A stretch of 63,993 nt of DNA, the filler included, from Sanchytrium tribonematis (taxonomy: Eukaryota): NCBI GenBank assembly GCA_018985235.1. It is 13 parts of 13 records of this genome, joined end to end, with 100 filler letters (N's around TTAATTAATTAA, not from the genome) between each part and the next. Parts side by side here need not be neighbours in the genome. Positions count along the whole stretch, not along the records: positions 55,168 to 57,463 come from JADGIG010001080.1; positions 57,564 to 59,856 come from JADGIG010001081.1; positions 59,957 to 62,243 come from JADGIG010001082.1; positions 62,344 to 63,993 come from JADGIG010001239.1; 9 more parts are not named here. One strand, 5' to 3'. The notes beneath the pieces are model-generated. The model was not told the DNA's origin and made no database searches. It worked only from the letters and a program-made list of their open reading frames with translations. Both the position numbers and the translations under genes were made by a program. Of the stretch, positions 56,509-63,993 are shown in pieces. Numbering within the stretch: position 1 is the stretch's first letter; every line of letters starts with the position of its first letter.

Positions 56509-57463
56509 ATGTTTAAAAGGGGAAATACTAAAAATACAACTCAAAAATCAGGTCATTTTACTCATATCCACATTAATCATGATTAATTTGGTACTATGGA
56601 CCATCACACTATTAATCTCCACTCCCAAATTTATCAGTTTGTGCATAGTGGCATATGTTTTGGGACTTAAACACGCAATGGACGCAGATCATATTTGTGC
56701 CATTGATAATATCACCCGTAAATTAATTTCAAGTAAACCTATATCTATTGGATTTTATTTCTCATTGGGGCATTCCACAATTGTGATTATTGCAAGTTTG
56801 TTGGTGATGTTAGCGAATGTATTTGCGAGTGAATCTGTACAAAATATATTTGGATTGGTTGGGACCATTGTCAGTAGTGTATTCTTGATATTTATTGGGT
56901 TGATTAATCTTCACAATGGATATAAAATGATAAAATCAAGAAATCAACCAAATCATGAAAATGTGATTTATGGTCCATTGGCTACTATTTTCAAAAGGGC
57001 ATTCAAACTAATACAATATCCGTATCAATGCTATCCATTGGGACTATTATTTGGACTCGGATTTGACACTGCGAGTGAAATTATTATTTTAACATTAATT
57101 GATAAATCATCCAATACAATCTTGATTGCATTATTATTTACAGCCGTGATGTGTTTGGTGGATACTATTGATGGTATCATGATGTTGAATATCTATGATC
57201 AGCTGAATTCACTGGTTAAAATGGTATTTAGTTAGTGACAATTTTAGGCGTTTTATTTTGCTTGTTTTTGAGTATATTGCAGATATTGCAACTGATTAAT
57301 GATGAGTATGAGATGCATTGGGATGATGTGGAAGCATTAAGTGACTCGTATTTGGTAATTGGAATAGTTATGATGATTTCATTTATTTTGACTTGGATAG
57401 TCGCATTTCTAATTGGTAGAAAACAAAGATTGAACAATAGATTACCTGACAATGATCTACAAA
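56509..57463 (+). pseudogene. High-affinity nickel/cobalt transporter (NiCoT/HoxN/Nic1 family), apparently frameshifted
   Basis: LGLKHAMDADHICAIDN, FSLGHSTIV, GLLFGLGFDTASE. Frame break at ~57233, and the ATG at 56509 is 1 nt out of frame. Confidence 0.75.
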
Positions 57464-57597
57464 NNNNNNNNNNNNNNNNNNNNNNNNNNNNNNNNNNNNN
57501 NNNNNNNTTAATTAATTAANNNNNNNNNNNNNNNNNNNNNNNNNNNNNNNNNNNNNNNNNNNNATAGGTATATTTAAATTGACTCCAGCTAGCGACT

Positions 57598-57672
57598 AAG
57601 TCAAGTCAAGTCAAGTCGAAAATTTAAGAGTCTGCCTTAAGTCGAGAAAGACTTGACTTGACTTTTGACTTT
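57598..57672. repeat. (AAGTC)n ... (GACTT)n inverted pentamer arrays
   Basis: aagtcaagtcaagtcaagtc at ~57598-57617 and gacttgacttgacttttgactt at ~57650-57671. Confidence 0.7.
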
Positions 57673-57771
57673 TTTAGTCTAGACCGTCATGCTTACATCC
57701 TGACAAAAACACCTTGGTTTAAAAATGTCTCAAAGTCAAATAAACTTTCAATTTGAGAATTTAAAATAATT

Positions 57772-59007
57772 TTATTGATTCTTGTACTTGTACCCTCTTC
57801 TATAACCATATCCTTTCATAGCTGCCTGTTTATGATCCTTTGAATGTGCTGGATGACTAGACTGTTTCTGTTTCTTCTTCAATGCTTGTTCTTTCGCAAT
57901 TGCAGCATCTATTTCCTCATTTGTTTTTTTTAAAACAATTTTATGCTCCGGTAAATTTGGATCATTATTCCATGGTCCAGTTTCCTCACTCTCTAAATGA
58001 TTCTGAATGTAATAATATTGATAATTCTTGCGTTGCTTGTTCATATTTTCATAATAATCCAAATCTTGATGAATCCAATTTAAAATGTCTTCTAAAGCAG
58101 CAGATTCAATTTGAGGATACATTTTAGGAAATAATTGCATGTAATCGTGTTTTAATGCCTCTGTGGGTGTCATTCTTTTACTCGGATCACATTGCAATAA
58201 ATTTTGAAAGAAACTTTGAAATGTTTCCGAGTGACTAAATGACACATTTGGAAGATGCACTTTATAAGTTGTGTTGTAACATGCTAAGAAATCACTATTT
58301 TGACCATGAATTGCGAATAATGCAGTACTTGCAACACTAAACATTTCTGCCTTCAAACTGTCATACGTCACTTGAATATTCTTGTTTCCAGCATCTAATA
58401 TCTCGGGTGCTTGCCACATACTCTTTCCTACATTCTGATTACTCGTATTTCTTTGTAAATTGACTGTATTAAAATCAATTAATTTAAATGCGCCTGGAAA
58501 TGTAGAATGCATGATATTCTGTGGTGTAATATCCATATGATAAATACTTTTAGTATCTAAATACTCTAATGCACTCAATATATCTTTAAAATAAACATGT
58601 AATTGTTTTTGTAAGTTGGAATACATGGAAATCAATTCTGTTTGATTTTTAGAATCTTTTTCAATGAATTCCTTCATTGCGGATAATGAGAATTGTCCAA
58701 AATACCCTCTAAAATTATCATCTAATGGTTCTAACACCAAATAATGATCAGTTTCATTCCCATATTGTGCAAATGTTTTGACAATATTTGGGAAATCGCA
58801 TTTTGAAAGTGTATTGAATTCTAAAAATCCTTCATTTGGTTGATGGCTATGTTTAATGACTGCTTTGGTGCCATTTAATGATACGGAATGAACATCTGCT
58901 ACCCATCCATCTCCCAAATGCTGTGTTTGGAATTCATTTGTTCGTGTAGCTGGTTGGATAAACATAGTGAGCATTAATGAATATGGGTTAATGACATTTG
59001 GGACCAT
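57772..59007 (-). CDS. Divergent Ser/Thr protein kinase
   Basis: LGDGWVADV, AVIK, IYHMDITPQNI, LIDFN, WQAPE, DPSKRMTPTEALKH. Confidence 0.88.
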   Translation of the reverse strand: MVPNVINPYSLMLTMFIQPATRTNEFQTQHLGDGWVADVHSVSLNGTKAVIKHSHQPNEGFLEFNTLSKCDFPNIVKTFAQYGNETDHYLVLEPLDDNFRGYFGQFSLSAMKEFIEKDSKNQTELISMYSNLQKQLHVYFKDILSALEYLDTKSIYHMDITPQNIMHSTFPGAFKLIDFNTVNLQRNTSNQNVGKSMWQAPEILDAGNKNIQVTYDSLKAEMFSVASTALFAIHGQNSDFLACYNTTYKVHLPNVSFSHSETFQSFFQNLLQCDPSKRMTPTEALKHDYMQLFPKMYPQIESAALEDILNWIHQDLDYYENMNKQRKNYQYYYIQNHLESEETGPWNNDPNLPEHKIVLKKTNEEIDAAIAKEQALKKKQKQSSHPAHSKDHKQAAMKGYGYRRGYKYKNQ

Positions 59008-59252
59008 TTGAAGGGGAAATAACAGACAAATTGAATTGAAGAGATTGGGGAAATTTGTACAACTTGATGTTTCACAGTGATTTTAATTTTGATTTATTAA
59101 TGCGGTATTAATGAGGTTGCATCATATTTGCACTTTGTAGCACTCCTAGAGGCGCAAATATAACTGGAACCTAATTTGTGTGACAAATAATTTGCGATCT
59201 ATCTCTGCTTTGCATCAAATCACACATAAATAAGATGAATTTTATTGAAAAT

Positions 59253-59483
59253 TTAGTGTCTTAAAACTACTCCTAAACATTTGTAAACTGCTGCGAGATT
59301 AAGACACTCTCTTGGTCTGCACACGTTACCATAAAATTTATCGCACTCAATGTTTTTACCAGCCCTTGCATTGCGTTGTTTACAATTGCTAAAACTTTGA
59401 GTCAAACAAGCAGTCACTTGGTCCATTGGTGTTTTATTGGCTGATGGAGATGCGAAGATTGTAAATGTCATCAAAAAAATCAT
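59253..59483 (-). CDS. Small secreted cysteine-rich protein (76 aa, 6 Cys)
   Basis: MIFLMTFTIFA signal-like start; six Cys. Confidence 0.65.
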   Translation of the reverse strand: MIFLMTFTIFASPSANKTPMDQVTACLTQSFSNCKQRNARAGKNIECDKFYGNVCRPRECLNLAAVYKCLGVVLRH

Positions 59484-59956
59484 GTTAAAATAACAGGTAT
59501 TGTGTCAATTTATGTATTTTTAGCGGTAAATTGTAATAAAACACAGACTTGCAAATTGATTGCAAAGTATTTTGATTGGTAAAACAAGTATGTGGGTAAA
59601 TTATTTGTTAAATGAATGAAAGGGTCTATGCGGTCCCTTTTTCATTTCGCTTTAATTAAATCATTTTATTTGATTAATGATTTTTTTTAAATCGGGATGA
59701 GCCAGGTAATTTCTTATCATCACACGTAATCTTAATTTGGTTTAAGCATTTCTGATATCCTTTAGGGTCTTTTAATGGTGGGCAGATTGAACCTGGTCTC
59801 CAACAAATATCTGGGGGATACGGGTAAAATAATTTGTCGCATTTAGTTTGCTCATGNNNNNNNNNNNNNNNNNNNNNNNNNNNNNNNNNNNNNNNNNNNN
59901 TTAATTAATTAANNNNNNNNNNNNNNNNNNNNNNNNNNNNNNNNNNNNNNNNNNNN

Positions 59957-60745
59957 TGGCTCATCATCTTCAGAAAACTCGGCCTGATCAATAGATTCTC
60001 TAGCAGCCTTGTATTTGGCGTTAATAGCATCCTTTAAATCCTGTTTTTTCATTCTCAAAGCATCACCTGACAAATTTGCAATGATTTTAAAAGAATTTAA
60101 ATAAAACAAAATGAAATTGTTAAAATGATAACCAGTACTCACTTTATGCAAGTATCCCATCGTAGTCATTCTATCATCTAATCTTTTTAATTCATTTTCT
60201 TTTAATTGTTTATCCTGTGAATTGGCTAGATGCCAATGTTTTTCGCTATAGCAAATACTAGAGCCAAATTCTGCAGAATAATCTACTTTAAGTGCTACAA
60301 ATGCTTGTTTTAAATGTATTTGGAAATAAACTGGCACAATCACCTCTACAAAGCGATGATCGGCAACAAACTCAACATTTTTAATCTGGTTTACTCGAAT
60401 ATTCATAAGAGGAGTGAAATTTTTGGTTTCAGAGTTCTTTTTGTTAAAGAGGAATATCTCATTATTGATTAATTTAAATAAGATATTCTTAATGGATGAC
60501 ATGTCGGTAATTAGATTTCCCTTCACATCATATGGATCTACGCCTCCAATAAAATATCGGCAAAATTCATTCATTTTTTCATTTTTGGGCTTCTTTTCTG
60601 TCTGCATTCGAAAATCTTTCAATCTAGCATTGACCTCATTCTTTAATTGATTATTGCGGTCGTTTGGAATACTATTTTTCGTATTTGGACCCACAGATTG
60701 GGTTTGCGCTCTAGCGTCTTTGCCATGCAAAACTCCGTGTGTCAT
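59957..60745 (-). CDS. Hypothetical protein, 3' end truncated
   Basis: Open frame of >260 aa; no family recognised. Confidence 0.55.
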
Positions 60746-60746
60746 T

Positions 60747-61483
60747 ATTTCTGCTCAACTAGATTTATCAATTTGTAAATAAATAAGTTATTTGCATCTT
60801 TATCGGAAAAATAGTAGCAAACTAAGGTAGAGCGCACTTAAAGTTTCTTTATTCTTGATTTATTAATTTATTTCGAATGATTTTGAGGCCAGTAAGGTGG
60901 ACTGATAATTTCTTGATTTCAAAATAATCAGGTTTGACTTGGTTTTCAATCGATGTTTAGTCTACCCGATGATCTATCTGTGTAATATATTCAATTTACA
61001 GTGATTTCAATTGTGATCTGTCTTTCGATTCCGAATCGGCTATCTGCTTCAACAAATCTGTCGCTCAAACACGGATTTATTTGTTACTTTACATTGCCAG
61101 TCATTATCCGAGTCACTAAATACTTGCTGCAGTACTTTTAACTCTACAAATCTACCAGCATCTACCAACTCTGAACATGGATGCTCTCCGCGAATCACAA
61201 AAATATCATAAATATCCATTTATTGCATCAAATCATGTGAAATAGCATCAAAATCACCAGAAGGGGAAGTAATCATTATTGCTGAAGAAAAAGAGCAGCC
61301 ACAACTAGGATCTATTGAATTTCTGCTCAACTAGATTTATCAATTTGTGAATAAATAAGTTATTTGCATCTTTATTGGAAAAATACTAGCAAACTAAAGT
61401 AGAGCGCACTTAAAGTTACTTTATTTTTGATTCAGAAATCTAGTTTGAGTGATTTTGTGGCCAGTAAGGTGGACTGATAATTT
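60747..61483. repeat. ~165-bp imperfect direct repeat (60747-60911 and 61319-61483)
   Basis: Shared atttctgctcaactagatttatcaatttgt...agagcgcacttaaagtt...ggccagtaaggtggactgataattt at an offset of 572 nt. Confidence 0.9.
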
Positions 61484-61810
61484 TACAATTACACTGGTCA
61501 ATTTTATGGATGCCTTACTGTGTTTATAATCTCCACACATAAAATATATGGTCTATTTTGCATCTACTGGCTATACTATGGTTCATCTAATGCCATCATC
61601 TATACTAAAAACCAACTTTCCAAATTTCAGATCCACTTTCAAACACGGAAAATTCTGGAAATTACTCATCTCATCATTATTCGTCCCATCCAGCCCCAAA
61701 TACCATCAATTAATGCCTATTTTGAACTGTTATCCTACCACCTTCTCAAACAAGCAGGCTCCGCATTTGTTTCAAAAAATATTAATTAAACTCCATATTT
61801 TATTATTAAA

Positions 61811-62243
61811 TCACAATACAGTCCCAAATACATGATCCCACAATGTACTTGTAATCCCAAATCCCATATCTGGTGATTTATAATGATGTTTCAAATGCAA
61901 TTGTTTCATCTTCCCCACATGTCCCACGCCCGCATAATGATGCAGCGCATAATGAAATACATCATAGCACACATATCCCATCTTCGTACCCGCATATAAT
62001 CCATATAATAGTGGTTCTGGAATAATCAAACTCGCTAATCCCAATAAAATACCAGTATAAATTAATGCTAAAATGGGAGGCATTACCAGTCTATACGGGT
62101 CCATGGGTGACAAATGATGAATACCATGTAACAAATAATGGGTCAAAATTGCATATGGATGGTCAATTAAAGATTCATCCGAGTGAAATACAAATCTGTG
62201 TAAACAATATTCGATAAATGACCATAAAAATAGCCCAATTCCA
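61811..62243 (-). CDS. Sphingolipid fatty acid 2-hydroxylase (Scs7/FA2H), C-terminal fragment
   Basis: EYCLHRFVFH, LLHGIHHLSPMDPYRLVMPP, YDVFHYALHH, HLKHHYK...GFGITS. Confidence 0.92.
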
Positions 62244-62343
62244 NNNNNNNNNNNNNNNNNNNNNNNNNNNNNNNNNNNNNNNNNNNNTTAATTAATTAAN
62301 NNNNNNNNNNNNNNNNNNNNNNNNNNNNNNNNNNNNNNNNNNN

Positions 62344-63707
62344 GATGCTTTATGATTAATAGTCATTTCATCCCCTAATCTTTTCAATTTCAAAGTCACT
62401 TTTGGATGCTTATATTTCCATCCAGCAAAAATCAAAATCACACAAATAATCAATAAAATGGCAACTAAGGAAGCAATGATCCACGGATTAGAAATATCAA
62501 TTGTAGGTGGAATAATAGTAATCTGAGTTTGCAACGGCATCAATTCTGTTGATAAATGATTCAAGACGGTTGATTTATCATTATTTGCATTCGATGAAGT
62601 CATTTTGTAATATACTCGAGTTGGAATAGTATTATCTATGTCATAAAAGGTTTGAGGATCTAATGATGTAGTTGAATTGGCAAAATCTGCTAAAATATTT
62701 GAAGTGGCGATATTCTGCACACAAATTGTTAAATTGGCAATATTGGGATTTCCGATTAAAGACGTATAGCTGATATCGCATTTAATAAGACTAGAAGTAT
62801 TGTAAATGATCAGGTTCGTAATATTTGAATCTGCAATAAAAATAGATATTGGATTGTTTAAAGTTAAAGTGCCTTGAAGATTTGTTTTACCAGCATATAA
62901 CTGAAGCAGATTTGACGGGATGACTGAGAAATCACCGGTGACATTTGTAGATTGACAACCGAGCTGCTTCAATGAAGGGGGAAATGTTTGCGACGTTATT
63001 TTTCCAAAGATTTGATTATTGCCAAAGAAAAGAACTGTCAAGTTCCCTGGAAAAATTGGCAGTTGACCAACGAGATCATTGTTGTTGATGGTCAACGCCT
63101 TGCATGAAATTGGGATATATGGAAATGGGCCCGTAAATTGATTGTTTTGCAAACTAAGTCTTTGAACCTGGTCTGGGAATCTGGGAATGCTTCCATATAA
63201 TAAATTGGTAACAGCGCCAAATTCTCTCAAATTTGTAGCTTGTATAAAATCGAAGCGCGTTAAATTGTCCCAAAAACTGTTTTGATAAATTCTGAATGTT
63301 TGAATATTTATAGGGATATTTGGTATTGGTCCACTAAATGCACTAAATGACACATCCAAAAGTGTCATACTATTCGGCAAAAGTGGCAGGGTCCCATTCA
63401 ATTTGGTATAAGTGGCCACAAAACTGATTTTTGGAATGTATCCTCTAATTTGACCCGTTATCAAATTTTTCGATACATCCAGGTTAGTAATGCTTGTAGG
63501 AATAGTTATCAAAGTACCATTTAGACCCATATTTGACCAATCTACATTGGTTGGATTTCCTGCAGAACATTTGATTCCATTAACATTACAGCAATTCGCG
63601 AGTGAATTAAAGTATGTTTGATTAACAATATGCATATTCAAATCTAAAGCCAGTTGTTGGATTGACGTGCAATTTGTAATAGCAGAAATGCAGATTGGAA
63701 AAATCAT
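62344..63707 (-). CDS. LRR receptor-like single-pass membrane protein
   Basis: Signal-like start, CC...GIKC LRR N-cap, plant-like LxLxxNxLxGxIP repeats, Ser/Thr stalk, TM, basic tail. Confidence 0.85.
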
Positions 63708-63757
63708 TTTAAAAAGTGGCTTGCAATGTTGACGTGATTTTATTAAATAGAAATAGA

Positions 63758-63993
63758 TTATTCTTTGATCATATACAACAAGCTAAGTAGAATCATTTCG
63801 TGCGAGTCGATCTCATCAACATGTTCATTTTCCATAAAATTATTTAAATGTGCCAATTCTTTCAGTGGCATTTCTGGATTCCGATTCATAATATTGTTCT
63901 CCAATCCTTTTATATATGTATGTAATGGTTTAATTTCTTGTTGGTCTTTCTCCAAATGCTGTTTTAAAAGTAATTCATGCACTTCATCATACA
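63758..63993 (-). CDS. C-terminal fragment of a hypothetical protein
   Basis: Frame open from the window end to TAA at 63758. Confidence 0.4.
   Translation of the reverse strand, partial: YDEVHELLLKQHLEKDQQEIKPLHTYIKGLENNIMNRNPEMPLKELAHLNNFMENEHVDEIDSHEMILLSLLYMIKE

Noticed and set aside
3539..60650. Many 60-140 aa ORFs antisense to or nested in real genes (e.g. 3539-3772, 9757-10080, 19437-19865, 38490-38894, 60414-60650)
   Set aside because: Shadow ORFs with no motifs, mostly with non-ATG starts, opposite well-supported genes.
61520..61835. Two overlapping plus-strand ORFs (89 and 95 aa)
   Set aside because: No recognisable motif; cannot tell whether either is real.
19061..62343. Regularly spaced TTAATTAATTAA palindromes as a biological repeat or array
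   Set aside because: Always centred in exactly 100 nt of N padding, and the small contigs fall in non-increasing length order (2323 to 2287 nt): artificial concatenation linkers.
1..63993. tRNA, rRNA or CRISPR arrays
   Set aside because: None recognised by eye; tRNAscan/Infernal were not run, so small RNAs could be missed.

Overview
Eukaryotic, AT-rich and very gene-dense DNA, most likely from an early-diverging (zoosporic-grade) fungus or close relative. This is inferred from a metazoan-type PITP, fungal-type NoxA, CNOT11, a flotillin, an axonemal-type dynein remnant, a proteinase-K-like subtilase and a tyrosinase; the standard genetic code fits. The window is not one locus: it is 13 contigs joined by 12 artificial 100-nt N/TTAATTAATTAA/N linkers, so adjacency across linkers means nothing. 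Two large contigs (1-19060, 31261-50248) carry housekeeping genes with very short intergenic gaps. The ~2.3-kb contigs carry secreted/LRR proteins, Ty3/gypsy pieces and orphans. Main findings: (1) at least ten ultra-short 19-20 nt spliceosomal introns (GTA start, invariant A at -6, TAG end), all in the 3' half of their genes where the end is known, several restoring conserved protein ends; (2) a non-retroelement reverse transcriptase resembling bacterial Abi/UG (DRT) defence RTs, with altered catalytic residues, on a contig that looks eukaryotic; (3) a strongly compacted, divergent axonemal dynein heavy chain; (4) a C-rich pre-ATG motif, very short signal peptides and a Sec7 domain lacking its catalytic Glu. 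All family assignments come from motif recognition, not database searches.
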